A stretch of DNA of 64,000 nucleotides from Callorhinchus milii (Eukaryota). Positions 1 to 13,984 of the stretch are shown here, piece after piece. Location of the stretch: the NCBI RefSeq assembly GCF_018977255.1, contig NW_024704742.1, positions 62,498,001 through 62,562,000 on the forward strand, read 5' to 3'. Each line of letters opens with the position of its first letter. Position 1 is the first letter of the stretch. Position numbers and translations under genes: made by a program. A model generated the notes under the pieces. It was not told where the DNA came from, did no database searches, and saw nothing but the letters and a program-made list of their open reading frames with translations.

Positions 1-101
1 CCCATGGTCACCTCCCCCAGTTCGATGTCATGCTCCACCACTGTCAAGTACTTTGTGATGCTACCTGGTGTGAAGGGCCAATAGAAATGCAAGTTGTTGT
101 T
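1..101 (+). mobile_element. L2 LINE 3' terminal fragment
   Basis: Ends ...gtgaagggccaatagaaatgcaagttgttgttg, the same tail as other L2 copies in the window. Confidence 0.6.
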
Positions 102-140
102 GAGAGGCGAGAGTGCTACCAACTGAGCCAGGGTGACACT
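102..140 (-). mobile_element. Type-B (DeuSINE-like) tRNA-derived head fragment
   Basis: Reverse complement reads cctggctcagttggtagcactctcgcctct, matching the heads at 28842 and 59024. Confidence 0.6.
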
Positions 141-664
141 GTATTATAATACTGTAATATAGTAGAATTTTCCTGGAGTATCCATGATAGCCCAGCAGTA
201 TCTATGAACAGTTATGCTTCTTTAAATATCTTTTATTGGAACTTTCATTCTCCCTCACCAGGGGTTATTTCTTATATTTGATGCTCCTGCTTTTGACTTT
301 AAAGGAACCCAATAAAAATGTGATCCCCAAACTTTCTGGCCTAAAATCTGATGTCCAAAATTTATTGTTGTCTTAACCTTAAGATCATTACTTTTATCTT
401 GAAGCAGATAATTTGGAAGCTGCAACCTTACATTTTAAGACAATGGTTTTAAGCTTATTACCTGGGACATGGCCTCAGACTTCTCCACAGAATGAGGTAC
501 AGAAATCCTGCACTGACACCACTGGGAAGAATTATAATGTATGTTTTTATGCTGCTAAATAGCTAACATCCAGCGATCTATACACTGATTTTGGTACACA
601 CAAGCTCTATCACAACATAGTGCTGATAGTATTATCTACTAATGGTACTCCTGTCAAACCACTG

Positions 665-900
665 AACCATGTAGATTTACAGCACAGAAGAAGGGCGTTC
701 AGCCCATTGTGTTGGCTCTTTCAAACAGCAATCCATTCAGCCCTATTTACTTGCCATATTTCACCTCCTGCAAATTACTACATTTTAGATATCGATCTCG
801 TTCTCTCTTTAAGCTAATGTTGGATTCTGCTTTGACAACTGCACCTGGCAGTACATTCCATATTCTAACAACTTTCAAGCATTTCTCCTAATCTCTGTGG
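665..900 (-). mobile_element. CR1 LINE 3' fragment
   Basis: tttacagcacagaagaagggcgttcagcccat...ggcagtacattccatattctaac is the antisense of a CR1 3' end. Confidence 0.6.
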
Positions 901-1835
901 TAAAGTAATTCCCTTAATCTGCTAACCACAATAAAACACTGCTATTCTGCAGAACAGGCATTTAATTAAGAAACCAAGCACTGTATTTGTGATAAAGTTG
1001 AATATAATAATAATGATCCTTGGCATTTGATATAGTGCCGTAGCACATCTTAGAGACGTCTCAAAGCGCTTATGAACTGAGGTAGCTAAATATTTTCACA
1101 AACAAATTCAGAATTCGGACTCATTGCCAGTAAGACACTGTTTGTACAGATAGTTTAAAATACAGATGATTTCATTTTCTACCATACTTCCTCGCTGTGT
1201 CATCTTTGCTTGACAACATCACTCCTTTCTGGTGTGAATAATGCATTCACTACAAGCGATTGCAGTGAGCACATTTCCTCAGCAATTCTTAAAACATTGG
1301 ATGAGACACAATCAATTTCTCTCCTCCTAAAACTGATACAGTCTTGATGTTCTCACATTCTGGTCTGGGATGATAAACTGCTGTTGTTGTTATTGCAGTA
1401 ACATGAAGCAGCCGGCAGCACATTCACCTGTTGACCAAAAAAGTCAAGGCGTTTGTGACCATGATACTGTCTTGCACAAGAGTTCTTGTTCTTTAAAGTA
1501 GTTCCAATTTTTTGCAACATTATGTTATCCCTGTTAACCAAAGCATGAGATTATATTGCACCCATTCCTAGCTGTGGAATTGAACTAATGAGCTGCTTAT
1601 TTTAAAAAAAGGCTCTTACGCTCTTAATATTGATGTTGGAAGTAAAAGTGTATTGTACTAGGCAGAGAAATTGCAGTTATATATATGTACAATTGCTGTA
1701 GTGCAGCTGGTCTTGACTCGCTTTGCATCATCCAGAGTTACAGACATGAGCGGTGAGCATGCCCTAGCTCTGACTGACTTCCGTGTTACCAGCACTCTAG
1801 GGATAGGTCTATGGGTCCGAAATTCCAACTTGTCT

Positions 1836-2190
1836 TATAATAATAATTCTTGCATCTGACATAGCACTTTATCATGTCTGCGATACGTCTCAAAGAGTTT
1901 CATAGAATATACTGTAAAGTGAATTTACTATATTTTTTGTGGGCGAAACACGGCTGCCAATTGAGCATAGCAGTGTCCCAGAAACAGTCATGGATTTACT
2001 TTTATTTGAAAGGGATTATACCCCCCGAAAAGCGATCAGCCAATCAACTAACAACAAGGTTCTTACTTACTTCGAGGTAAACAGAGGCATGTGGAGTAAG
2101 GAAATTTGCCTAACGTTTTGCCCTGCCAGGAATCAAACCCAAGCCCTCTCGCTTTCGAGGCGAGTGCTCCAAACAATACATTACAGTCTT
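1836..2190 (-). mobile_element. Type-A SINE (tRNA-Ala-like head, CORE-like block, L2-type tail)
   Basis: Colinear with copies at 38205, 41822 and 63471; (TAA)n tail at left, head at right. Confidence 0.85.
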
Positions 2191-2194
2191 AGCC

Positions 2195-2462
2195 TGTGGA
2201 ACCTTTTGGTTTGCCTTAAAATGTAAGATTGTGCAGAATTGTGGAAAAGTCTTAAATTTTGTCTTAATTTGGAAGCTTTTTAAAAAAATCTGTGGAAGCT
2301 TAGCTACGAAACACAGTCATTGCACTCTGCAGTGAATTCTGTAAAGGGCTTTCAGATGTCCTCCAGATGGGAAAAGCACTATTCCGAATGTAAGGATTAT
2401 TAACATTATAATTAAAACCGGCTTCCGAATTAAGGCTTGATTCTCCACAATTTTATGACAAG
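2195..2462. repeat. Palindromic MITE-like repeat, interrupted by a SINE tail (~2300-2410)
   Basis: Arm taagattgtgcagaattgtggaaa...cttaatttggaagc with inverted arm gcttccgaattaaggc...tccacaatt; related copies elsewhere. Confidence 0.6.
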
Positions 2463-3021
2463 ATGGTCTAACAGGCTAATACTAGGCTGAGTGAGTGGGA
2501 ATATGGGTGGAAACTCAAAGCTACCTTTGAAATACAAATACAAAACCCAGCACAGGGTTGATCCATATGAAATTAATGACTTGCTTTGCAAAGTTTATAT
2601 TTTCCAAATTTGCAGTGCACTATTAATAGAATCACAACATTAGCATTTTTGCCATTGATCATGCAAATTAAGGAATACTGAACCTTCGATGTGTTATGAG
2701 CCCCTCACTGATGTTTAACCTATAAAATACACAGTCACTACACTCGCGGGGGAGCTAGTTGGAGGAACTCCAGGATGGAGTTCTGGAGAACAGAACAGAA
2801 AGGCTGAAAGCCCACCATCAGATGGTGAGACACATAGGACTAAAACAGGCCAGTGTTTGCTGAGTGAAGAGAGTGGCCGGAACAGTGTGGTTAGAGAAGG
2901 ACACAGCATTAGGGTGGGACGAGATCATGGAGGGTTTCAAACATAATATGGCAAAGTAAATACAGAAGGATTAACTGGTATTTTACCATTGAATTAATTC
3001 ATCCAATATTATTGGCTACAT

Positions 3022-3320
3022 TAATAACAATAATCCTTGCATTTGATATACACCTTATCATGTCGGCGAGATGCCTCAAAGTGTTTCATAGGATATACTG
3101 TAAAGTGGATTTACAGTGGACTGTGCACTTTGTGGGTGAATGTTGTAGTTAATTTGCACACAGCAATGTTCTACAAACATGGAGTGAGTGACCAATTTTA
3201 TTTGGGGGAATGTAGGCCACGACACTGTGAGAAACTCCCTTCTCTTTTCAAATAGTGCTATCTTTAACGTCCACCTGAACAGGCAGACAGGATTTTTGTT
3301 TAACGTCTCATCCTAAGAAC
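3022..3320 (-). mobile_element. Type-B DeuSINE-like, partial
   Basis: Tail aatccttgcatttgata plus antisense central domain tctttaacgtccacctgaacaggcagac. Confidence 0.75.
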
Positions 3321-4224
3321 AAATAGCCACCCTGTTAACTTTTACAATCCAAAGAACATCAATAGGAAGTTTACCGTCAAGTTTATAGGCCTCAATAGCA
3401 AAGAGGAAAACTTCACATTAAGTATAATCTTTGAAAAAAAGCTTCATGCATGCAAAATTATGCAAGTGTAAAATATGCTCCTGCTATAATACAAGAAAAT
3501 GTAATAGAGAACAATATAGAACACTTGTAATTTTGATAAGGTTTGTTCTCCTGTAACTTGAATTCCAGCATCAATATTTTCTAATTAAGAGAAAGTGCAC
3601 AATACAATATATCATTCTAAAGGAACCTAACCCATTCATCATCCCAGCCAGTTGAAAAAAAGGAGGAATGGAGTGTAATTAACTTTGTTTTAAACCCTTT
3701 TTTTTCAAATGAATTATTTATTACTATGTTCCAATCAGAATAAATGATGAAAATAGTTGTTTGCAGAAGTCAGGTTTTCTATTAATCACCAACAGAAGTC
3801 AAGTGCCATCTTCTAACCGCCCTTACACGTGCAGTCAGGCGAAACATCAGAATAAGCAGTTCAGAAAGCTGAAAGTACATCAACCTTGAACTGGATAATG
3901 TGTTAACCCTCTGGGTGCTAGAATGATGTTACTTTGCTGCTTTGAATGTTCCAAGCTGCTCCATTTTAATTCATTCTATGTTTTTTTCTGATTTGAGTGC
4001 TGTATGCCCTTTGCAACATGTAATCTGTTGATTTTCAATCACTTAAGGAACTGTATCCTATAAGGCAAAGGATGAGAGTACTCAGTCCTGTAATTTAATT
4101 TTAATTTGTAACATTTCCACAATGCTTCCACTTAGCATTTTCAAACAGCAGGATCCATGTTCAGCTACATATAACTGTAAGTTGTTCGCTCCTGAATATC
4201 TAAGTTTTTACATTGCTCTATCAA

Positions 4225-4545
4225 ATAACAATAATTCTTATATTTTTCCTTGTTCTTAATATATCACCTTATCACGTGTTCCAAAATGTCTAAAATCACT
4301 TCTCATGATTTTATTGTAAAATCTAGTAACTGGGTACTTGTATTCGAAATGGGCAGCCAATTGCAACAGCAATGTCCCACAAAGAATAGTGAAGTGAATG
4401 ACCAATTTTCCATGGTTAGGAGAAACTCCCTTCTATTTTGGAATTGTGCAATGGGATTACTAACGTCCACCTGAACAAGCAGAACACACCTTAGACAATG
4501 CAGCGTTCCCTCAGCACTGCATTGTCATGTCAGCCTAGAATACAC
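4225..4545 (-). mobile_element. Type-B DeuSINE-like, degraded
   Basis: gcagccaattgc, atgggattactaacgtccacctgaac and aatgcagcgttccctcagcactgc blocks. Confidence 0.7.
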
Positions 4546-4664
4546 AAACCTTTTTCAAGGTCCTGATGTAAAAATAGAAATCCTGCTGTCTTCAGGCAGA
4601 TAAATATTTCTTTAAAATAGGTACTTCATAAAGAACTACATGTTATTTATAAATTATGTTATTA

Positions 4665-4892
4665 TTGCGAGTTGTTGCGATGTGGAATGCCTTGCTAAGT
4701 AAGGTGATAGAGGCAGAATCCATTATGGGTTTAAAGAGGGAAGCCAGGCATAAGGTAGTTAAAGTCTTCAAACAGTATGGAGATAGGGCAGAAGTAAGGC
4801 TGAAAGAACATAGTGGTCTGGGAGCCAGTGCAGACTCGATAGACTGAATGGCCTCCTTCTGCGCTGTAAATTTCTATGATTTTATGATTCTA
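4665..4892 (+). mobile_element. CR1 LINE 3' fragment
   Basis: RVVAMWNAL (CR1 ORF2 C-terminus) then gaatggcctccttctg...ttctatgattttatgattctat tail. Confidence 0.8.
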
Positions 4893-7164
4893 TTTAGCAC
4901 CAGCTATTCAGATAATGTCTAAACATAATAAAACAGCACAAAGACATCATAAGATTTAATTATATTCCCACATTGTTCAATAATACAATGGTGTTTTAAA
5001 ACCAATTTGAAATGTTTTCCTGTAACAATAATTTTCTACAGCACACCTATTATCAACAGTGAATCCACATCAGTACTTCATAACAATGTCATTATGGGTT
5101 TATTATGACTGGGATTTGATATTCCTTTTGTAAGTCATATAAGATAAGACCAACATAAAGGTCTTATCTCCTCATAAAAATGGTTTAGATCCCACCAGCT
5201 GAATTGCTGTCTCATGGCAAATCCCTGAAGTATTTGTGGCCAGCATTTGTGACTGAGATCCTGCCATCGTAAACCAGGACTTAGGTTACAAAATTGGATT
5301 AATTCCTGAATATAACATGGTTTAATATTCGATCTAGCAGAAGAGCCATACATCACTTTGGTTACAATAAAATCACAGTGAAGTGAGGCGATAACATATT
5401 TTGATGTGATTTATGTTTCTGTGTTGTACCTTTATAAATGTTTTCATAAGACATTTACACTTTAAATGTATCTGAATGGAACTGTAGATTGTAAAAACAC
5501 CAATTACACATATTTTCTCTATTGTGTAACAAGTTGTAAATGCCTTAAATGGTATAAACCAAGCAACATCTACAACTGGGGTCTAAGTACTATATTTTAT
5601 TTGAGGATGTTTCGCCCACAAAATATACAGTCAATTCACATTACTGTGAAATGCTTTGAGATGTCTCGATGATGTGATAAGCTGCTAGATAAAATGCAAG
5701 GATTATTATTACAGTATGTTTGAACACGATTTGCTGTGTTGGTTGCGACTTGTGGTTTGTGAGCACTGAAAGCTGTTCTATTTGCAAGATTCACAAAATG
5801 GCTAACAGTGAGCACAGTTTGCCTGCCTGCCTTTGTGTGAACACTGCTGTTTTTTGGGCTTCTGTCAGTTGTATATACTAGCAGGCTGGCCTGATTTGAA
5901 CATACAGGTTGGTACAGGGAGACCCAGTTAGGAAGGGCCTAAGTAGCTTTGTGTCCTGTGGATAGCTAGAGTTACCAGAAGAATGATATACTTCCAGCTT
6001 CTTGATGGCCCACCTGCACCAGAGGCTAGAAGCTCTGGACCCCTGTCCAGAAGGGTGGTGTGGACCCACTGTGGGATTTACCTCAGGAAACAAACTGGGT
6101 GAAGTGACATCTGTGGTAGATCAGCTGTCATATGATAGGTGGGATTAGAAGCCTCGAGAGCCTGAATGGCTATCAAACCATGTCTCAAACACTTTTATTC
6201 CTAAGATGTCAGATATTTTTTGTTTGACTTAAGTAACATTTTCACAGTCCTCTCGATGTGTGGTTTCTGACCCCAGCACTAGTCTCTTCTGCACTCTGCA
6301 GAGGCTGTATCTACATAATTATTGTCCCTGGTCAGAATTTATGAGGTTGAGTTCTCTATTCTCCCCAGAGCATGAGAGAGCGAGATTACCGCCTTAGGTC
6401 GGTTAAAATGTCTCTTGGTTTTTTAATAGTGTTTGTTGAGGTCTGCTGAACTTTCATTATTCCTGCTTTTATGTGAACGAATGCCCTGGGGCATAGCAAT
6501 TTAATATTTTTGAAGAAGATATAGTAAATAAAGGATTTTAAAAAAAGAGTGTCCCTTCTCTAAATATAAAGTAATTTTGTTATTCCATGATCTGTTACCA
6601 TCTATCGCCTGGAGTTGGAGTTTCTAAGTTTTCAATGGATAAAAATCATAAAAGAGCAGAAATCTGGAAATCCAATTTTTAAAAATTGTTTCACTATTTG
6701 TAATACAAGTGCTCCTCTGAGGAAGGGTAGGAACATTTTAAATACGTCAATGTCACAGGTATAACTAGCATACAAACAAAAATGTCTAGTTATTAAACTA
6801 TTAAAGTATCTGTCCGTAGGTTTTTTGGAGTACATTTTATGAACAATTTGTAATGCTGAGGGATGTGTGTGCTGGGAACAATGCTTTTTTGTGCATCCAA
6901 AATCAGGCATAGGTATATAGCATGGACTCACTCCACTGTCTACAGTGGAAAATAGACAGTGTATTGCTTGAGTTTGTAAATAAATTCAACATCTGTTTTT
7001 CTGTTGCTCTCTGGGCCAGCGCTCCGAGACATTCCAAGTCACTACCCCGTTTGAACGGGGCGCTATATAAATGCAAGTTTTTATTGTGATTGATACCTCA
7101 TGCTTCTCTGTCTTGTAGGTCAGATTTCAAATTTAAACAAGAATGGGTTTGAATTTAATAAATA

Positions 7165-7410
7165 GAAATCTTTGCATTTGATATATAGCGCCTTTTATGT
7201 CTGCAGGATATCTCAGAGCACTTCAAAGGATTTACTGTAAAGTGTAGGGACTATATTTTGCAGGTGAATGCGGCAGCCAATTTGTGCACTGTGACATCCC
7301 ACTTTGTGGGATGAAGTGAATGGCCAATTTTATCAGGGGGATTGTTGGCCAGGATACTGAAAGGAACCCCCTCCCCTTTTCAAATGGTACAATAAGGTAT
7401 TTCCAATAGC
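7165..7410 (-). mobile_element. Type-B SINE 3' half
   Basis: ttgcatttgatatatagcgcc tail and gcggcagccaatttgtgcac block. Confidence 0.7.
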
Positions 7411-8072
7411 TGTTAGTGTACAGCAGCAAAAAAGCTGGAATATGTGTCACTTAGATTTGAGTGGCAAATTCCTCAATAATGGGTGCCCATGACTGTATCA
7501 GATGATTCAAGCTCTACCAGACAGATGCCTTACATGGAAGGGCAGGAGATGTCTATATCATTGCATTTTACAGGAAAATAGCTTATTTGTTTTTGCATGA
7601 CATGTTCCTGATCCAAAAGTTATTCATTGGCTAGGGAATAACATGGGAAAAAAATCACGGCTAAATAATCAAAATGATCAATAAACATGAAAGCAAAGCA
7701 TAATACCTGTTCAGTGATACAATGACGCTCATAAAACCAACATTAAATGGTTTTCTTTATCTATAATTTGCCATAGCATTTGATCACACATCATTGATTT
7801 GTACTTCAAAATGACTTTGGTTTCTTCTGCATAACTTTAATTGTGACTTGATACAGCACAACACAATGCTTTCTGTTAGACGAACAAGGTTTAGATTTCA
7901 AAGGGCAATTTCAGGACAGACACCAGGAAGTTTTGCCGGGAAGAATGGTTAACACAAGGACACTGAACTCATTTAAAAAGCAGCTTAATGCTATGATAAG
8001 GGGCGTGGGGAGGGGGGACTGTAAAGTGGACCTTTAGGAAGATAAGTTGGATGGGATGATGGGCCTTCTTCA

Positions 8073-8645
8073 TACAACAACAACAAATTACATTTGTATA
8101 GTGCCTTTCACATTGGGAGGATGTCCCAAGGTACTGGATAGTCAGGGATTTGGTCCTGAGCTGGAGGATGGGATGAGGAGGGGTGGGGGCAGGGAGGATA
8201 GGAGGGTGGCCGAAGGTGCGGTTGAAGAGGAGGGTTTTGAGACATGCCTTGAAGGAGACAAGGGAGGGAACAAGGCGAAGGGACTGTGGGATGGAATTCC
8301 AGAGGGTGGGGATGGAGAGGCTGAAGGCCCAACCGCTGTTGATGGGGTGGGCCGGGCGGGAAACGTGGAGCAGACCGGAGCCTGTTGAGTGGCGGGAGCG
8401 GACAGGTAGACCTTATTATTTTGTAGTCTGAGAAAAGGGCAGAGGCCGGCACTGTGGTGAAGAAGAAGTAAAGCTGACTTGATTCGGGACAAATGTGAGT
8501 AAGGAATGAGAAATGAGGAGTGAAATGAGCATCAAAATCTTGCGCTGTCAATCTTGTCAATTTGAGAGAAATGCCAGTGAGGTTGAGGAGGCCAGAGCCG
8601 GAAGTTAGGAGACGGAGATGGAAGTCTTCTTGGCCTGGTTAAATT
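8073..8645 (-). mobile_element. L2 LINE 3' fragment
   Basis: (CAA)n-aattacatttgtatagtgcctttcac tail; antisense L2 ORF2 C-terminus (LWNSIP..L..FK..LKT.LF). Confidence 0.85.
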
Positions 8646-8819
8646 GTAAACTTATGGATGGTGAACTGTGAGTATGACTAGTGAAAATAACCAGCCACTT
8701 AATATTCAGTGCTCAGAAAAGCTACCCTGTGTGAATGTTGTATTGCTTAGCTACTTATTGCAAAGACGCACACGCTTTTGAAGAAACTTACACTCTGAGG
8801 AATATTGGGATAAAATATT

Positions 8820-9008
8820 CTCCCTCTCTCAACCCTTTGCCTCGCTCCTTCCTTCTCCATCTTCAGGTCACGCCTGAAGACCTTCCTTTTCCACTGCGCA
8901 TTGATCACATTCCCCTCCCCCAGGCTCGGCTTTGAGCTCCACCATTGTTAAGCGCTCTGAAGCACAGCTTGACGTGGAGGGCGCTATATAAGTGCAAGTT
9001 GTTGTTGA
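8820..9008 (+). mobile_element. L2 LINE 3' tail
   Basis: cttcaggtcacgcctgaagaccttcct...gcgctatataagtgcaagttgttgttg. Confidence 0.6.
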
Positions 9009-9357
9009 AATTCCTTGTGAGTTATCACAAAGAATGTGTTACAAATAGAAGGAAGACAGTTTGAAAGGCTGCAAATATCAACCTTTATTTCTTTTATATT
9101 AACTGCGCACAACAGTGAGATGTGATATCCGGCCACCCGTAGCTTGACATTTTAAGAAACATCACAATCATTTTTTTTATGATTTTACTGATCGGAGAGT
9201 ACTTTAAAGGAAAAGAAACATGACATTTTCTTCATGCTGAGCATATTCTAAAACAAGACCACTGCTTGTCATATCCATGTACCATGTACCATCTACCAAC
9301 TTCATTCACTTTGGCTTGGAAAATAGAAACTCTCATAATTCATCTGTTACATTCCAG

Positions 9358-9577
9358 AGATGTTATGGTCTGGAATGCACTGCCTGAAAGGGTGATGGAC
9401 ACAGATTCAATAACTAACTTTCAAAAGGATAGGTGCTTGAAAAGAAAAAATGTGCAAGGAGATGGGGAAAGAGCGGGGGGAATGGGACTGATTGGGGAGG
9501 TCTTCCAAAAAGCCGGCACAGGCATGACAGGCCAAATGTCCTCCTTCTGTGCTGTAATAGTCTTTGATTCTATGTTC
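9358..9577 (+). mobile_element. CR1 LINE 3' fragment
   Basis: VWNALPERVM motif and CR1-type 3' UTR ggccaaatgtcctccttctgtgctgtaa. Confidence 0.8.
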
Positions 9578-9799
9578 TGTCTTTTTTTTTGTTCTTGTGT
9601 AAAATTGGTTTGTTTAACCCTTAAATGTTGACCATCAATTTTTTTGACACTGACAGAAGGTTTCTGCCCAGGTTTTGTGTGCACTTTCGAATGCACTTGC
9701 TGAATTCAATCCTAACCATGAAGTTGAAATGCTAAGATGCTGCATAAATAGAATCAATTCAGATCTTACTGGATTTTCTCCCCACCCATTGTAGTATCT

Positions 9800-10010
9800 A
9801 AAAAGAGAAGGGAATTTCTCCCGGTGTCCCAGTCAACAGTTCCCACAGTTGATCATTTATGTGATGACTGTTTGTGGGACATTGTTGTTGACAAATTGGC
9901 TGCTGTTTTTACCCTAAAATATACAATCAGTAAGATTTATGGTGATTACATATGAAGCACTTTGAGATTTTTGCCATTATAAGTGCGATGCAAAGGTTAT
10001 TACTTTATTA
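9800..10010 (+). mobile_element. Type-B SINE 3' half
   Basis: gagaagggaatttctcccggtgtccc...tgtttgtgggacattg...aaattggctgctg. Confidence 0.65.
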
Positions 10011-10511
10011 CTACTAATTTGAAGAACTTGAATTAAGTTATTCAAATTACTAATTAACCTTTTCCTCTCAATGCTCAAAAATCCAACCTATTTTTATCTG
10101 GGGACTTTATTTAATGCTGGACCAGGATGAGTAACGTAGCTCACCACTTGCTTCCCTGTTGCTAGTGATCTTATCAATATAGCAAGACATAAATTAATCA
10201 ACACAGCCTTTTCTAGGGAAGCAGCACTATTCCTGATAATACCATTCACTTTTATCAATGTACGTTTTTATGTTTGCAGAGCACAGTAGCAAATATCACA
10301 ACAACACTCTTCTAGGACATGTTTCAAATTTATTATCAGCTGAGCGTGTGAATCATTATTGTCTTCTATCATGTCTTATGGCAAAGCAAAATCTTACCAA
10401 AGCAAAATCCACCACCAGTCATATATAATTTTATTGTAGTTGGAGATGGAGGATAAAATGTAGCATATGACCGTATTTCTGGTGATAGCACATTGACAAA
10501 AATTGTTGTAA

Positions 10512-11783
10512 AAACAACAACAAATTACATTTGTATCGCACCTTTCACATTAGAAGGATATCCCGAGGCACTGAACAGTCAAGGATTTGGAAAAGTGCAG
10601 GGGATTGGGATCAGATGGGGTGGAGGACTGGAAAGGAGGCCGAAGGCACGGTCAAAAAAGAGGGTCTTGAAGTGTGCCTTGAAGGAAGCAAGGCAGGGAG
10701 CAAGGAGAAGGGACTGTGGGATGGAGTTTCAAAGGGTGGGCGCAAAGAGGCTTAAGGCTCAACCTGGACTGGGTGGGAACGTGGAACAGGCCAGAGCCTG
10801 CTGAGCATTGCGAGTGGACAAAATGATATGGGGTTAGCAGGTCACAGAAGTAAGGAGCAAGGTCGTGGAAGGCCTTGAAGGCGAAGCTGAGCATTTTCAA
10901 TTCTATCCTCTGGTGAAAGGGGAGCCAGTAGAGCCGGACAAGGGTGGGGGTGATAATAATAATAATAATCCTTGCATTTGATATCGCGCTTTTCACGTCT
11001 TCTAGTGTGATGGGGTCACGGAGCCTGGTGCAGGAGAGGACACGAGCTGCAGATGATCTCCAGCTTGTGGAGGGAAGAGGTGGGAAGGCCGACAAGCAGG
11101 GTGTTGGCATAGTCAAGTCTAGATTTGATAAATAATATATAATAATAATGCTTGCATTTGATAGCGCCTTATCATATCTTTCAGAAGTCTCAAATGCTTC
11201 ACAGAATATACTGTAAAGTGAATTGACCATATATTTTGTGGGTGAAACACTGCAGCCAATTGCACACAGCAGTGGCCCACAAATAGCTGTGAATTGAATG
11301 ACCAAATTATTATTATTTTGTTTTGAAGGGATTATTACCCGCGGAAAAGCAATCTACCAATCGACTAACAACCGGGTTCCTACTTACTGCTAGGTAAACT
11401 GAGGCGTGTGGAGTAAGGAAACTTGCCCAACATTTTGCCCTGCCCGGGAATCAAACCCATATGCATGGATAAGGGTTTTGGTGGCCTGAGGGGAGAGGCA
11501 GTGGCAGAGCCGGACGAGGAGGCGCTGATGGGAGCCAATTAGGAGAGCCTCGATTTTGTTGACGTTCAACTGGAGAAAGTTAGCTCTCATCCAGGACTTG
11601 AGTCTGACAGACATTCTGTCAGGATAGAGGTGGTCCTGGAGTCTAAGGTGGAGCCAGAGAGATAGAGTTGGGTGTCATCCGCAAACATGTGGAAATTGAC
11701 CCCTTATCTGGCAATGATGTCACCAAGAGGGAGCATGTACATGTTGAAGAGGAGAGGGCCAAGGACAGAACCCTGAGGAACGC
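10512..11783 (-). mobile_element. L2 LINE fragment (RT to 3' end), split by two SINE insertions
   Basis: Antisense [41 protein letters not shown] inserts at ~10952-11003 and ~11127-11458. Confidence 0.9.
11127..11458 (-). mobile_element. Type-A SINE nested in L2
   Basis: Colinear with 38205-38562; L2 sequence continues on both sides. Confidence 0.9.
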
Positions 11784-13984
11784 AGTCAATAGTTATAACT
11801 GACTGAACACTCAGCATGTCAGTGATAACTATTCAGTACTTTTGATTGTATTTTCTTGGTGATATTATCACATCTCCCTTCCATACATATCTCACTTATT
11901 TACAGAATAACCTACCATAGGATTGTGATAAATGCCATGGTATCCCATCAGATGCAGTGAAATATTTTATAATTTGACAAATCCTCAATTGGAATGGACT
12001 TTTATGTGAGATAACCTATGTGAAATGTTTAGAAGAATTAGTTGCTCCCATTAATGCTGGGATCATGAATCAAAATCACTGAACTCGTGGCTTCTCAGAG
12101 TAGATGCGGTTGAGTCACTGGTGATTAGAGCAATCTACTTTCTTGCCGCTGCTGTGGAACAGGCTATGTGATTGAATTTATTTCTCCCCCATATTGTTAT
12201 GATCACTAACAACGGGGAACCTTGTGCTGAGAGCTACATTATTCATCTTCTTCTCCACATGCGGAGGAGTTCTGCAAGGGTCACTTTAGTAATTGGTCTC
12301 CAGACTTTCTTATGCTCTGAGGGCTCTTAAAAAAGGTAAGGAGTATATACTCCCCGGTCTGTGCATTTGTCGAGAAAATTGGTCTTCATTTCGAGTCCCT
12401 TTACAGGAGAAGACGGCAAGAAGCAAAGCTCCCGTGTTCAGAAAATAACATTAAACAGATATTTGATCAGAAAACCCTCCAGTCACATTTATATTAACTA
12501 CTGCATGAAGCAACCTTTATGAGGTTCAATTTCTGTTATATAAAAAAGGACTACATACCGACACAGTCACTGAAGCCAAGCCTAAATAAGGCACTTTAAA
12601 ACCTAGGTGAATAACTGAAGGTAGAGTAACAGACACATAAAGTTATGGAATAGACAAGTTCCCTTGCACCACTGCACTTAGCTTTTATATCCTGTTTGCA
12701 TTCGATAGGTGAAGAATGTTAACAGTTTTTTTTAAATTTATAATTAACCTCCCCGCCACCAATAAAAAAAGTAGATAATGAAATAATTGTGACATGCCTA
12801 TATTTGGACAGCCAGTTTGTCAAAGAGTCAGGTGAGGCTGACAATGATTTTTGTTACATCCATCTCCCCTATTGTTCTATGCTGGAAATAAATCTAACAC
12901 AAACTCAGTAATATTTGCAATTTATCATAAATTGCTTGCAAACAAAAATAAGCAAACTGATTGAATGAAAAATGGAATCTATTTATTTATCTCTAGCTGT
13001 ACGTATATCAACATTTAAGCTACCTTTCCTCATATTGTCTCCTTCTCCTTACCCAAGCACCATTAAAACAAAAGCCATCACTTACACAATTAGGGTTAAT
13101 AGTAAATGTTATCGCTGGCAGCTTATCAGCGAACATGTTTAGTAGTGAAAATGTGTGTCTTACAATTTTAGCTTTTATGAATTTAAAATTACCAATAACA
13201 TTGTAACTTCCTGTTTCTCAGTCACAGTTCACATTTTGTAATATATTTAGTCAAATTTTATAATTGGAAACCATACTGTTATCATTAACTTATCAGCAGA
13301 AACTTATTCCTTCAACTATCACTTCCCACTTAAAAGCTTAAGGCGTTCCTTTATCTCCTATTATTTCCGACAGATAAAACGTAAATCACCCCAAAATAAT
13401 GTACCATTTGAAATGAGTCTGTGCTGGTAGATAAAGTACAGTGTGATATATCCCTGTACATCAGTATTCAAAGTTCCACTTTAGATCATTAAAAATCAAG
13501 GCAAATTAGGAATCTTCACTGTGACCCTCCGCAGGGCCTCACTGTGAATAGCAGCTAAGTGGATAAAGGGGATCAGATATTAACTTCACTGCTGGTCTTA
13601 TTTTGTACAGATTATTCCTGTCTTTGACTTGGTTTGAAGCAGAATTAATTTTGGCTGGAAACAAAGCATCAAACAGAAATTGGCTCTTGAATCCCATGTT
13701 TAACTGAGTGCTGACTTTGAAAAGACAAAGTAAAAGTGCAATTATCCCCGAATAATAAATCAGTTCATAATTAACCAGTTTTTATGCACACGTACAGTAA
13801 AATCCTGATAACTCGACCCTGGCTTAATTTATCCCTACCATTTGTCATCATGATGTCAATATCCCGGCTGCATTGATTTATGTATTGAGGGCTGGAAGTC
13901 CTATTTGAGAAATGTCCATGGGCTGCATAAGCAACACTTTTGTGTTTCCTTTCCTGAAACATAACATAACAATTACGGGTTATG

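Noticed and set aside
8047..8560. Overlapping Pro/Ser- and Gly-rich ORFs
   Set aside because: Alternative frames of the purine-skewed L2 3' region.
10652..11305. Longest ORF in the track (217 aa)
   Set aside because: Chance read-through across SINE and L2 fragments.
13793..13817. TA-cagtaaaatcctgataactcga, Tigger/pogo-like TIR
   Set aside because: Single short match with no partner TIR.
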